Source: a virus (lineage: Duplodnaviria; Caudoviricetes). From it: a stretch of 64,000 nucleotides of DNA. The notes under the pieces were generated by a model. The model saw only the letters and a list, made by a program, of their open reading frames with translations. It was not told where the DNA came from and did not search any database. The translations under genes were made by a program, and so were the position numbers. Where the stretch lies: the IMG/VR virus record IMGVR_UViG_3300043394_000609; one strand, given 5' to 3'. Shown here piece by piece: positions 38,301-48,461 of the stretch (position 1 is its first letter; each line of letters begins with the position of its first letter).

Positions 38301-41177
38301 ATTAAATGAAACATTATTACTATTATCAAAATACGTTTCAGCATCAATTGGTGTGGTTATATTAGCTAGAATGTCTACATTATCTAGTAAATATTTTTTA
38401 TAACGGTGATATATTGACCCCCATTTCAATAATAAATGATGTGGTACATAATGCGTTGAACCAACTTCTCTGAATAATGAAGACATTAAAACTGATTCAC
38501 CATTAAATGTTATTTTATCATCTAAATCTTTATATGGTAATGAATTCAATAATAGGTACGCTGAACCAACATAACGGCCATCACTACCACCTTTTAGGAA
38601 ATCATTGAATAATTGTTTGTGGAAATACGGCGTATTCAACATATTTCTTGTTGTACCACTAAAAACAAATTCTTTCGTGAATAAGTTTTTTACATTATTT
38701 ACGTCAACCCAAGCTTTAGCATCGATTGGTGAACTAATAAAATTACCATCTGAATTAACAGTTAATGTATTTTTAAAGTTAAAATCAGTTCTTGTTATCT
38801 TTTTACCACCAACATATGTTTTGTATAATTCACTATTAAATGGTGAAATGTTTAATCTATAATCTTCAGGTTTATATGCGTCTAAAAAACCTTGTAATTT
38901 AGTGTATGTTGCATCTTTAGTAGTTACCGTCTTAACATCGTTGTATTCTGTTATATCAAAATCAATATCAACAGATTCTTTAATATATTCTGTTGTTGGC
39001 AATCTATCTAAAAAATATGGATAACGATCATTTGGTGATGTTATTTTCATAAAATGATTCAATGATTTATCACCATTATCAACAGTTTTAATCTGTGTTG
39101 CTAATAACTCCCTGATATCAATATCATCTTGTATTGCGGAATCTAATGTTTCAAATTCTTTTTTATACAATTCATCTAATCCATTTTCATTTGTAAATGA
39201 ATCGAATGATGTCAAATATTCCGCTCTTTCAAAGATTTCATATAATACACCACTAACTGTTTTGTTTGAATATGGTATTGTATTTAAAACTTTAAATAAT
39301 GAACTAACATTACGAATTTCCTTTTTTTCAACATCATCATCAAACACAAACATGATTTCAGATGATGATATTTCTTTATTACTTAATGGATCAACTCTTT
39401 TAGTTGCAATACTATGATATGTCTCAACAAATTCAACTTCCGGCCAAACACTAAATTTTCTACCTTGAATTTCCTTTTCTATTTCAACGTCGCCAGGATA
39501 ATAATGTGTATATGTGTTTCTATCATTCGCCTTTTTCTTAACTTCTGGCCATGGGTATAAACACTCATTTTTATCATCGCTTATTTTATATTTAAGGGAT
39601 TCTTTTCTTGTTTCAGATAATCTAATTGCTTTTGTGTGAACATCTTTCATTAATCTAATGTAAGTGTCAGCATTAGCTAAAATAACAGCAAATATGTTTC
39701 TAATAGTTGGTTCGAAACCAAAACCACCTTTACTAGGGTCTTTAATGATTTCATTCATCTTAGTTTCCACATCTGTTTCAACTTTATCTCTTGCTTTAAC
39801 AAATGTATTTTGAATCTCTTTTAGTTTAGAAATTAATTTATCTATAGAAACCGCAAAACTGCCACCAGATACTTTAACAAAATCAGATGATTTAGATACT
39901 TTAGTTAAATCAATACTAAATGTCTTTATTTGTTTATTATTCTTTACATTTTTACCAAACGCACTATTCGCATCAGCTTCTTTAATAAACCCATCAATTA
40001 TTGATTGCAATGAACTATTATTAGTTGTGCCAGTAATAATATCAGCACTATTCGCACCGTTACTTGTTTTTGTTTTATCTAATGTTGCTTTATTTAATGC
40101 ATAATAATCAAACCCACCTTCACTTTCTTGTATAGTACCACTTAGATTTCTACTAGCCCAATTAATTGTTCTATTTTCAAATCTAGTTAATAAAGAATCG
40201 TATTCTGCAACATGGCTTAATACGGTAGGATCGACCGTTTCATCAAATAAGGTTTGTTCTAAAATCTTATCTAATGAATTTGCTGTCATTAATAAATCAC
40301 GTAATGTTTTATCCGGGAAATCTTGTGCAACATAACCTTTAGCACGATATTCGTCATATACCGACTTTAAAATTGAAAACCCTTTAGTTGATTTTGAAAC
40401 TTTCTTTTCAACATATCCAGTTTTTTCATTTGTTTTAAAATCATCACTTTTCTCAACCATATACATGTATGGTGCATTCATAATATTTTGAAATAAAATA
40501 TCACTTAGATAAGCATATGTTGAACCAACAAACTTGGTTGAGATTTCAAAGTTACCAGTACTACCATTAAATTTTGTTTTGAAGTCAACTAGATGTAAAC
40601 GATATCTAATTGCTTTACCAAAATAACCTTTTACTGTTAAGTAAAATACTGGCCATGGTTGATGAAAGAATGCTTTATATGGTGAATTAGCTGGTGATTC
40701 AAATAATGTTTTACCCCTAACATCTAAGAAATTAATTGATACTTGCGGTATTGAACTAGCCCCTTTGACCGATATTTGCATCGATTGAATACCAAATGTT
40801 TGTGCTGATGGATCGTATTTTTGATTATTTGTTGAACCATTGTTTGTTGTTTCTTTTGAATCTGGAACAAACACATTCGTCCAATCAGAATCAAAGTTAT
40901 TTTCAAACTCATTTTTATCCCCTTGGTTTCGCATCATATTAAATGTACCAGATGCAATTGATAATAATGTATTTTGATTGTTTTCAGAAAATAATATACT
41001 TCTAGGTACCAAATCAGCCTCTAAATTAACATAAGTAATTAAATTCTCATGATCGACTAATCTTGATTTTATTTCCCCATCTTGCGTCAATATACTATTA
41101 GGGTCAACATGTATAATATTCTGTTGATCAACCCTAACTAATATATTTTCATTTTCACCTATTGAATTATTCCCCAT
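35388..41177 (-). CDS. Giant baseplate hub protein (gp27/late control D-like with large insertions)
   Basis: N-terminal FGIQSMQI...VSINFLDVRG; C-terminal YQCEVTMMGDVMIQPTMYF...FQGTYLIFEVNHNI...TSFKGVR, typical of hub proteins. Confidence 0.7.
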   Translation of the reverse strand: MGNNSIGENENILVRVDQQNIIHVDPNSILTQDGEIKSRLVDHENLITYVNLEADLVPRSILFSENNQNTLLSIASGTFNMMRNQGDKNEFENNFDSDWTNVFVPDSKETTNNGSTNNQKYDPSAQTFGIQSMQISVKGASSIPQVSINFLDVRGKTLFESPANSPYKAFFHQPWPVFYLTVKGYFGKAIRYRLHLVDFKTKFNGSTGNFEISTKFVGSTYAYLSDILFQNIMNAPYMYMVEKSDDFKTNEKTGYVEKKVSKSTKGFSILKSVYDEYRAKGYVAQDFPDKTLRDLLMTANSLDKILEQTLFDETVDPTVLSHVAEYDSLLTRFENRTINWASRNLSGTIQESEGGFDYYALNKATLDKTKTSNGANSADIITGTTNNSSLQSIIDGFIKEADANSAFGKNVKNNKQIKTFSIDLTKVSKSSDFVKVSGGSFAVSIDKLISKLKEIQNTFVKARDKVETDVETKMNEIIKDPSKGGFGFEPTIRNIFAVILANADTYIRLMKDVHTKAIRLSETRKESLKYKISDDKNECLYPWPEVKKKANDRNTYTHYYPGDVEIEKEIQGRKFSVWPEVEFVETYHSIATKRVDPLSNKEISSSEIMFVFDDDVEKKEIRNVSSLFKVLNTIPYSNKTVSGVLYEIFERAEYLTSFDSFTNENGLDELYKKEFETLDSAIQDDIDIRELLATQIKTVDNGDKSLNHFMKITSPNDRYPYFLDRLPTTEYIKESVDIDFDITEYNDVKTVTTKDATYTKLQGFLDAYKPEDYRLNISPFNSELYKTYVGGKKITRTDFNFKNTLTVNSDGNFISSPIDAKAWVDVNNVKNLFTKEFVFSGTTRNMLNTPYFHKQLFNDFLKGGSDGRYVGSAYLLLNSLPYKDLDDKITFNGESVLMSSLFREVGSTHYVPHHLLLKWGSIYHRYKKYLLDNVDILANITTPIDAETYFDNSNNVSFNLSSVDPSLGFITTAAQKFLGIYPYYHGVYHQIVNGYSFYNPSGFTQTDVTDAMTSSFLYEGTLTNGVNNIMFDQTITSDEFLLTSVIDNSKFDVKDSRYTILPSNCATEYFNIGTDKFKWVEQESFKIIFDDIMKYSTEVNFSGVTFPTYGEKLENEKGVLTIDGTKKKVVDLIATFSPKLLDEMESMFIKFASLNLNLDNPDTTTHDYNNFQEILKEISSVPKTGIDLSSKDYHKKISEAQVQKLEKMTETLLSNKNLKRLTIANPKQINNYAIFKLAGSKELSKHSYTGLTASFANAYTNTPVGPNFDVSQLTPQNYKLIKLYIGENITDPNYVWISNVYANFFEVNDIEVNEENIYEYRELARVYAGWVKANSDLNPNAFIPTKTSFVDYVKQNIYYPQINRRNLFLNGLIARFPNLSKDKQPKDVTIYSAYNEDKTLKLDIYQFFKSFNDKWISGNAIGQRNLMEEFLFVDRANRDIGNEAYISLDRLISLADEKNVKVDLYSAITILIQGTNFDMRPLPAYINFYGTNSGNKRRITPSKNLARNLFGTFLEVDYQESSPKIILQHVGNTSKYLDMEKISKEYRFKNDSFDISDTNNNPLLVEPKVFMDADLSKSNRVVSFEVNFGDQGQGIFKSISLDQATYKNTTESAIAQERLARSQSGGGTTQVDIGLFDIYKTASYQCEVTMMGDVMIQPTMYFYLSNVPMFQGTYLIFEVNHNIKGNAIETSFKGVRVANSSLPKMSDSFVASYRPLFSRILSAAVKKKQPNAKQTTTEKVYQFKGTDNVTIDTGIPLAGEDIDRLLVRKTGFYQDLIPYNGANGEKYIQMINRNGEEWLRTKVVMMGNTTYPIADTAPMSILSARTDSPKIMKTWSDIKNTLYEFYSVRLKTNGNDVEKLSNLTTFFVNPKTGHSYELASNINSTTGKYDGAVHNGPGANDKNAGLAMNARLMKKLKLNEGDVVYFKLK

Positions 41178-41487
41178 AATATAGTTTGTACAATTCTACG
41201 TTCTTTTTATAATCTTGTAAAGAATTAACTAAAGGAAAAGGAATCCTTAATAACGTATTATCTGGGATTTCAAACTCTAATGAACCAACTTTGGGATTCG
41301 CCAACATAATAAGCCAACCAAATAATGGTGTATTATAATGCTCTTGTGAAACTTTATCTAACCTATCCTTACCTTTTTTATATTGCATAAATTTATCACT
41401 GGACTTTGGGGGTATCTCAACCCCAGGAACTATTTTAAATTCCCCATCTTCCAAGAAAAATTCATATCTGTTAAAATATTGATTCAT
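41167..41487 (-). CDS. LysM/P2 gpX-like baseplate protein
   Basis: DRLDKVSQEHYNTPLFGWLIMLANP...IPDNTLLRIP. Confidence 0.8.
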   Translation of the reverse strand: MNQYFNRYEFFLEDGEFKIVPGVEIPPKSSDKFMQYKKGKDRLDKVSQEHYNTPLFGWLIMLANPKVGSLEFEIPDNTLLRIPFPLVNSLQDYKKNVELYKLYYGE

Positions 41488-41488
41488 G

Positions 41489-44400
41489 TTATCTAATAAA
41501 GTTTAATCTATCCTTAGTGGAATTATTTATATTACTATGCACTTTCTTTATAACAGCATCTTGTTCTGTTGATAAAGTAGCACCAATAGTATATGTGTAT
41601 GAGCCTACAGTAGAATTGTTTGTTTTACCATATTGTACCTCTTTGTATTTAAGTTTCTTTTCTTTTGGTATTGCATTCTTAATAAATTTATTTAAACGTT
41701 TTTCAATTTTCTCAATTGTGTTAGCGTCGAAAAATTTATTATCATTTGAATTTTTATATAAATTAACAATTGATTCAATTTTACCTTTTTGTGAAAGAAT
41801 TGTACCTAAGAAATTTGAATATAATTCATCAGTAATAACAGGTGAATTAAAATCAATTGTATTGCTTAATCCATCGGTAAATACGTCATAATTTTTATCT
41901 ATACCATTTATTAATTCTTCATAATTTTTATAAAACGTAACGGCATCAAAGTCATTCAATTGAACGGCAGATACTACGTTGTTTTCTAGTTTAGAATCAA
42001 TACCATTTGTAGATAAAACAAAGTTTATCCCATCAATACTTTTTATTATGTTATTCCTAACTTCTTCAACTTTAGATAACGATTTATCTACCTTTATTTT
42101 TTCAAGGAATAAACTAATTTCATTTTTGATGAATGGATCTATTATTTTTCTAGATCTATCTGCTTTAGATGATCCTGAAGCAAAATCAAAATTAAAAACA
42201 TCATTATGATTAGATGTGTTCGCTTTATCTGTTAATTTATTATCAAATCTAGAAAATAAATTTGCAAAATCAGAACCCCCATTATAGTTACCTAATAAAC
42301 TAATTTGTTTTTTAGTCGAAATACCAGTTTGAACATCAATTAATTTATTAGTTCTAAATGTTGGTGATATGAATAATGGTAACAAATCTTCTCCGTATGT
42401 GGTTAATAATGTGTTGTATGTTGATTTAAATAATGAATGATATGAATTAATTGATTCTGAAAGTGACGTTAAATTTTTATTGTAACTTATTTTATCTTCA
42501 TTAAGAGTACCAATAAATGCCCCATTAACTTTATTGTCTTTTGATGTTTCCGTACCAGTTTCTTTTGGTGTTTGTGTCGATGTTTGATTTAATTGTTCTA
42601 AGAAATCAATATTAAATTTAACTAATTCATCTTGATTAACTGTTGATTCAGCTCTATAATCATATACCTCAGTATTAGCATAGAAGTTTGAACTCAAAGC
42701 ATTTTGTAGTCTTGAAACAGGTTCTTTAATACCTTGACCACCGATAAAATATATTTGCAATGTCACATTTGCCAACATTGGTTGTACACCAATACCTTCC
42801 GGGTTTAAATCCCATGTTGTATCGTCAAATGTAATATTTAAATCTTTAATAACAACTTTTGAATTATAAAAATCACCAATTCTCATCACACATACCGGCG
42901 GAGGTCCAAATGTTGTATTTCTAGCATCATATTGTTTTTCACCACTAGGGTTCTTAATTGGTATTGTATCCCCAGGACGTAAACATTGTTGCAAGAATGT
43001 TAATCTAGAATTTAAACCTTCCGGTGTCATTGAGTGAAACGCAGGATGGAAATATTTTAATTTTTCTTTCAATGATGTAAACACAACTGGATCAGTTTCT
43101 TCTAATTTCTTGAAATAGAAACATTCAGATAGTGCTTTCATTATTAATTTCTTAACAACATCTAATGGTGGCCTTCTTGGTACATCTTGTTTACCAACCT
43201 CAATTATTGTTTTACCCTCACCTACAGTTGTTTTTCCAGGAATTTCTTGACCTTTCTTTTCTGGAATATTCTTTTCTGAATCATAATATTGTAAATCAAA
43301 TTGTGTTGTTCTACAAAAGAATGTAATTGGTGCGTATTTTTTTAACCCAGTTGTTGTTTTTAATTCAACATCGTGGCAATTATATTTTGTCCCACTTCCT
43401 GTGGCTTTTTCTCCTTGATTTTTAAATGTGATTGTAAATTCACTATTCGCCTCTTCGGAATATCCTAAATCTTTTAACTTAATATTGTTAAACGTCTCTT
43501 TAATTTCTGTTTTTGATTTTTCAACTTCAGCAGCAGTAGTTTTCCAAGTAACTCCTTGTGAGTAACTACCATCTTTAGACAATCTATTTAAAATATGTTT
43601 AATGATACTATCAGATCTTCTATATGATAATCTCATGTTGTAACTATCATCAGCAACAAACGATGTTGTTGAAGTAATATCAAGTAATATTTTAGATACT
43701 GATTTAGGGTCTTTAGTTAGTTTTTCTTTAATTGCGTCAATTTGAGCATTTAATGCATTGTATTGTTTTTCCATGTCGGAAAACCCTTTTTCAACCTCAT
43801 CTAATGCTTTAGCAATTAATTCAGCGTTTGTTGCCCCATTTGCTTTTGGTGTTGGTGAACCAAAAATAACATTACAATCATGTCTGTTATTTGGTGTGTC
43901 AATATTCAAAATTTGAGTTAACAATGCAGTTAAATTATTTTTATATGTTTGTTTACCACCAAAATATGTTTTAAATAAATCACCATATTTTGCATTTGAT
44001 ACTATCCCAGTTTTTGGTTGTGGAAAGTCATTTTCAAAATATAATGTCCCTGTAACTGCAGGTGCTGGGCCGCCAGCAATTGATTTAGCCGGTTCTGCAC
44101 CAACAATTTTACCAGATTCTACTGTTTGTTCCCCAGCAATATTTTTGAAATTTAATTGTTCGTATGTGTCCTGTCTTTTACCATCTTTATAATATTGAAG
44201 ATATGAAACGATCATTTCAATATCAGATGGGTCTAAATTAATATATTTTCTAACTAGAGAATAAAAATCAACATCTTCACAACCAGCAAAAAATGAATTT
44301 AAAAACATTTCAGCCTCATCATCACTTATTTCTCTAACTAATAAATTTAGAATACTAGGATGATCGACAATTACCTTAAATGAAACCGTTCCAGATCTTT

Positions 44401-46240
44401 GTGTATTTTGATATGTATAAATCGGCTCCGATCTACCAATAAACGTATTGGTTTCCCAGTTCGCGTTATTTTGTTCATTAACTTTTAAATCATAAGGTGG
44501 GAACCACATAACTCTTCCGCCATTCGGACCTCTTTCACAATATGGTAAATCATCATATGTATAGCCAGGTTTGTTTGATGTTTTCCATGCTAGGTTTTCA
44601 ATTGAAAACATATATTTGGTTGCTTGTCCATTAATTATGTTTGTTGAATCCTTGAATGCTTGTTCGCCCATTAAACCACTTGAAACTGGCCCAATATTTA
44701 AATTCCATGGCGTTGACATTACACTATCATTTATTTTTCTGATAGTACCAGTTCTTTTCATTGTGTCAGAATAATTCATGTGTGAACGATCTTTAGTCCA
44801 CACTCTACAATATTCCGTACCATCTTCTTGCCCTGTAGTTTTATTAATGTATTTCACCGCCGAACCTCTTGACATAGTGAAATCACCATCTTTAAAGAAA
44901 CGACTTGTTTGGTCAATAACATTAGCGACATGTGAACGTCCTTCACCACCACTAGGTAATGTTTCTAATATTTCTTGTGTTTTACTTAAAATTGAACCAT
45001 CTCTAAATGTTTGTGATTTAGAAAATGATTGAACAAAAGTAGAACTTTCCGATTTGTCATATTCAAGATTGTGTATACCTAATTTGTTTTGAGATTTACT
45101 ACTAATCCAAGTTAGTTTACCACCAATTTGACCACCTTCGGTAATGTTTTTTTCATTACGGAATAAATTAGTTGACGCTTCGTCAAACATAATTGATAAA
45201 TAATATGGGCTTCTAACTGGGCGATCATTGAAGTCTGACATGGCAAATTTTACATCTTCACCTCTGTCATCTCCGATATATGCACCACCAGTAGGTGCTT
45301 CCATACCTAAAATGTTTTTAACACCTTGTGCTGCTCTATCAATAAAGTTAAAAATCTTACTACTATTTTGTGATCTAGCAGTTGTTGTATAGTTTGGTGC
45401 GTATTTTGAAAATGATAAATTATGATATAACGCACTTTTTTGCCCGTCGCTCAAATATTCAATCATTAAATCAGATGGTTTTGTTGACCCTTTTGGCCTT
45501 CTATCAATACCAAATAATGATCCAATAGCACCAGTAACATCCTGCCATAGTTTACCACCTTCTGTTTTAGCTTCTGGCCTTGGATTAATTGGGTTTGCTG
45601 GATTACTTAAATAATCACCAGGTATTTCTGACCATGGAAACTCAACACCAGCAACTGTTTGAACAAAATCAACACCTTTTCCTAATAAAGATTTGGCAAC
45701 GGTGATTTTATAATTCTTTTCAACTAATGGCTCTCTACCAGTCATTATGTTAATTGCTGTTGATGTATTACCACCTAAAGCATCCATTAACCTAACACGA
45801 CCAACAGTCGCAGCATACATGTTTTGTTTTATTCTAGCTTGAAGTGGACCTTCTGGATCATTCTTAATATAATCAGCAGAAAATTTAAATAATTCAGATT
45901 CATTATCAAAATTACTTGAACCTAAAATACCAATTAAACCATGGTCTTGTCCGGTTCTAAAATATGGGTATAACCCTAATCTATTTTTAGTTAAGGTACT
46001 TAATTGTTCTACTACTTGTGATTCATTTGGAGAAAACGCATTATATGTTTTCCAATACTTTAAATCAACTGGTCTATTAGTAATAACATCACCAGGATCA
46101 ACGTTTGGAAAATCAGACAACGTGCTGACAGAGTATTCGGTTGAAGTCTGTGTTTGTGGACCATTAGGTTGATTTAGCGTCTTACCTAATAGAAAATCTC
46201 TGAATTTTTTTGTTGAATCAAAATCTACGTAACTTGGCAT
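41489..46240 (-). CDS. Tail-tube initiator/baseplate protein with inserted OmpA-like domain
   Basis: FPPYDL..NE...ANW....IGRSEPIYTYQNTQRSGTVSF and PPVCVMRIGDFY...LNITFD..WD...PMLANVTL form a tube-initiator-like fold; YNMRLSYRRSDSI is OmpA-like. Confidence 0.65.
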   Translation of the reverse strand: MPSYVDFDSTKKFRDFLLGKTLNQPNGPQTQTSTEYSVSTLSDFPNVDPGDVITNRPVDLKYWKTYNAFSPNESQVVEQLSTLTKNRLGLYPYFRTGQDHGLIGILGSSNFDNESELFKFSADYIKNDPEGPLQARIKQNMYAATVGRVRLMDALGGNTSTAINIMTGREPLVEKNYKITVAKSLLGKGVDFVQTVAGVEFPWSEIPGDYLSNPANPINPRPEAKTEGGKLWQDVTGAIGSLFGIDRRPKGSTKPSDLMIEYLSDGQKSALYHNLSFSKYAPNYTTTARSQNSSKIFNFIDRAAQGVKNILGMEAPTGGAYIGDDRGEDVKFAMSDFNDRPVRSPYYLSIMFDEASTNLFRNEKNITEGGQIGGKLTWISSKSQNKLGIHNLEYDKSESSTFVQSFSKSQTFRDGSILSKTQEILETLPSGGEGRSHVANVIDQTSRFFKDGDFTMSRGSAVKYINKTTGQEDGTEYCRVWTKDRSHMNYSDTMKRTGTIRKINDSVMSTPWNLNIGPVSSGLMGEQAFKDSTNIINGQATKYMFSIENLAWKTSNKPGYTYDDLPYCERGPNGGRVMWFPPYDLKVNEQNNANWETNTFIGRSEPIYTYQNTQRSGTVSFKVIVDHPSILNLLVREISDDEAEMFLNSFFAGCEDVDFYSLVRKYINLDPSDIEMIVSYLQYYKDGKRQDTYEQLNFKNIAGEQTVESGKIVGAEPAKSIAGGPAPAVTGTLYFENDFPQPKTGIVSNAKYGDLFKTYFGGKQTYKNNLTALLTQILNIDTPNNRHDCNVIFGSPTPKANGATNAELIAKALDEVEKGFSDMEKQYNALNAQIDAIKEKLTKDPKSVSKILLDITSTTSFVADDSYNMRLSYRRSDSIIKHILNRLSKDGSYSQGVTWKTTAAEVEKSKTEIKETFNNIKLKDLGYSEEANSEFTITFKNQGEKATGSGTKYNCHDVELKTTTGLKKYAPITFFCRTTQFDLQYYDSEKNIPEKKGQEIPGKTTVGEGKTIIEVGKQDVPRRPPLDVVKKLIMKALSECFYFKKLEETDPVVFTSLKEKLKYFHPAFHSMTPEGLNSRLTFLQQCLRPGDTIPIKNPSGEKQYDARNTTFGPPPVCVMRIGDFYNSKVVIKDLNITFDDTTWDLNPEGIGVQPMLANVTLQIYFIGGQGIKEPVSRLQNALSSNFYANTEVYDYRAESTVNQDELVKFNIDFLEQLNQTSTQTPKETGTETSKDNKVNGAFIGTLNEDKISYNKNLTSLSESINSYHSLFKSTYNTLLTTYGEDLLPLFISPTFRTNKLIDVQTGISTKKQISLLGNYNGGSDFANLFSRFDNKLTDKANTSNHNDVFNFDFASGSSKADRSRKIIDPFIKNEISLFLEKIKVDKSLSKVEEVRNNIIKSIDGINFVLSTNGIDSKLENNVVSAVQLNDFDAVTFYKNYEELINGIDKNYDVFTDGLSNTIDFNSPVITDELYSNFLGTILSQKGKIESIVNLYKNSNDNKFFDANTIEKIEKRLNKFIKNAIPKEKKLKYKEVQYGKTNNSTVGSYTYTIGATLSTEQDAVIKKVHSNINNSTKDRLNFIR

Positions 46241-46253
46241 CTATGTTTTATAT

Positions 46254-46261
46254 TATAAATA
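46254..46261 (-). promoter_or_regulatory. Putative late promoter TATTTATA
   Basis: 13 nt upstream of the ATG at 46240. Confidence 0.65.
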
Positions 46262-46278
46262 GAGAATTTATTGTTTTA

Positions 46279-48261
46279 TTACGCAACATAGTTCTTCATA
46301 CCTTTACTTAGACTAGATGCTAAATCGGATCTTAACTGTGGGTTTTTATTAATTTCATTTACAAACATTTGTGCCAATTCAGTACTATTACTATTTAAAT
46401 CTACTTTAATGTCTACTTGACTAGTCAACTTATCTTTAACAAAATTTACAGCGTCACTACCTGCTTTTTTACCTGCATCAATTATTTTTTCAACTGGTTC
46501 TTTAACACCTGAGCTTTGATAAAAATCATTTACCTTTTCAGTTCCTTTTTCAATGAAATTTATAACTTTACCATATACGGGATTAACCATATTACTCATA
46601 ACGTCATTTATTTTATTGTTAATGTCTTCTGGTGTCAATTTATCTAAATCTGCATTTTGTTCTATAAGTTGTTCTTTAACAGCCTTAAAAACACCATTAC
46701 TATCGATACCGCTTTTCGCCATATTACCAACCATAAGTAAAATAGCATTAATAGAATTTAATGTTTGCGTAGCAACAGTATATTGTTCTCTAATAACTTC
46801 ATCTGTTGTTTTACTAGCTAATTCTTGTTGTGATTTTGCAATAATAGCTAATTGTGTTGAATTTAATGAAGATGCAGCAATAAATGACTGATTAATTTTT
46901 AACTGTTCTTGTAATTTCTTAGGCAATTCAAACCCAATAACACCTTCTTTCATTGAAGCTAAATTTGATACAAATTCTTTTTGATCATCATCTAAACTAA
47001 AAATATCAATTTCGCTTAATGCTTGCATTTTAACTTGACCTTTAATAGCTGAACTTGTCAATTGTTCCATTGAAACCCCTAATGCTTCAGACATGGCTTT
47101 AGCACGTCTTAAATTTGCACCAGTAACTTCAAATCTACCTTGTTCAGCGTTATACGTCGCTAAAGAACGTGCGGCCCCCAATATACTTGTCTGTAATGAT
47201 TCAACATTATTTGTTGCATCGTACATTAATTTAATTGGATCATTTAAATCACCAAACGCACCACCAATAACTTGTAAGTTTGCCGCCAAATCAATTGCGC
47301 CTTCCGGGTCATATAATTTTTTTGCAACATTAAAAGTTTCTTTCATGTCAAAATTCAATGCTTGAGCTTGTCTAACCATGTTAGATAAACCTTCAACACC
47401 ATTTTTAAACCCGAAATTATTTAATTCTTTTAAATTTTCTGTGATATTTTTTGTTGTTGCTCTTGCTGATAAACCTTGTGCAATTGATTGTTTACCTGCT
47501 TTTTCCATTAATCCAGAAGCGTCAGATAAACTAATACCAACATCTCTAAATCTTTCAGTACTTTCTAATAAAAATTTTGCCGTTTCACCATATGCTGCAC
47601 TTATTTTTAAAGCATTTAAAACAGACTCTCCTTGGTATACCGAGAACTTTTGACTATTAGACACCATTACTTGAGTAGCATCCTTAATATCGTCAAAATT
47701 AATCCCTAATCTTTGTGCGTCAGGTACAATTGAATTAATCGATTTTTGAAAACCCTCAGCATATTCACCTACCATACCACCTTTTTGTGTTATTGATAGT
47801 AACAATTCCCCTTCTCTTTTGTAAGCGTCGGCAACAACGTCTACTGCAACACCAGCAGCGCCACTTAATAATGATTTAATTTGAGCAAATACATTAACAC
47901 CATTATCAATAACACTATTAAATGCGTTTTTAATATCACCAATCTGAACAATTGATCTATTGTAGTTTAATTGATCATATGCTGGTGCAAATGCGGCACC
48001 AACAGCACCTTTAGCAACTGTTTTAACCATATTACCCACACTACTAGCACTATTACTTAATGTACTTATAGCACTATTTGATTGTTGTGTGGTTGAAGCA
48101 ACAGTAGCACCTAATTGTGATCCTTGATTAGCAAGTTCAGCCGCTCTTGATGATGGATAACCACCTCTGATTAAATCTGCTTTAAATTGACCAGAATTAT
48201 TAGAATAACCACCACGTGCAAATTTTTCAAGAACTTGTTTAATTATTTCGTTATCTCCCAT
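46279..48261 (-). CDS. Tape measure protein
   Basis: 660 aa, Ala/Gly/Gln-rich and helical; canonical position after tube and chaperone genes. Confidence 0.75.
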   Translation of the reverse strand: MGDNEIIKQVLEKFARGGYSNNSGQFKADLIRGGYPSSRAAELANQGSQLGATVASTTQQSNSAISTLSNSASSVGNMVKTVAKGAVGAAFAPAYDQLNYNRSIVQIGDIKNAFNSVIDNGVNVFAQIKSLLSGAAGVAVDVVADAYKREGELLLSITQKGGMVGEYAEGFQKSINSIVPDAQRLGINFDDIKDATQVMVSNSQKFSVYQGESVLNALKISAAYGETAKFLLESTERFRDVGISLSDASGLMEKAGKQSIAQGLSARATTKNITENLKELNNFGFKNGVEGLSNMVRQAQALNFDMKETFNVAKKLYDPEGAIDLAANLQVIGGAFGDLNDPIKLMYDATNNVESLQTSILGAARSLATYNAEQGRFEVTGANLRRAKAMSEALGVSMEQLTSSAIKGQVKMQALSEIDIFSLDDDQKEFVSNLASMKEGVIGFELPKKLQEQLKINQSFIAASSLNSTQLAIIAKSQQELASKTTDEVIREQYTVATQTLNSINAILLMVGNMAKSGIDSNGVFKAVKEQLIEQNADLDKLTPEDINNKINDVMSNMVNPVYGKVINFIEKGTEKVNDFYQSSGVKEPVEKIIDAGKKAGSDAVNFVKDKLTSQVDIKVDLNSNSTELAQMFVNEINKNPQLRSDLASSLSKGMKNYVA

Positions 48262-48265
48262 GTTA

Positions 48266-48273
48266 TATAAATA
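48266..48273 (-). promoter_or_regulatory. Putative late promoter TATTTATA
   Basis: 4 nt upstream of the tape measure ATG. Confidence 0.65.
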
Positions 48274-48278
48274 TGAAA

Positions 48279-48461
48279 TTAACTATTTGCATCAAGATAC
48301 AAGTTAACATAATTGCCCCTTTCATGTATGGGCATAATTAATAAATCAGAATAGGTAAAACCTTTACCAATTAAAAATGCAATCTCATTCATTTGATTTT
48401 TCTTATAAACCGAAGAAGGGACGAAAAAACTCAACCCCGAAGTCCAATCTAACTCGGACAT
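48279..48461 (-). CDS. gp51-like / gpT-like tail chaperone frame, probably expressed by frameshift from 48403..49146
   Basis: FTYSDLLIMPIHERGNYV resembles the T4-like gp51 motif (YSL.E.E.M.PWER..Y); overlaps the upstream ORF in the +1 frame. Confidence 0.6.
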   Translation of the reverse strand: MSELDWTSGLSFFVPSSVYKKNQMNEIAFLIGKGFTYSDLLIMPIHERGNYVNLYLDANS

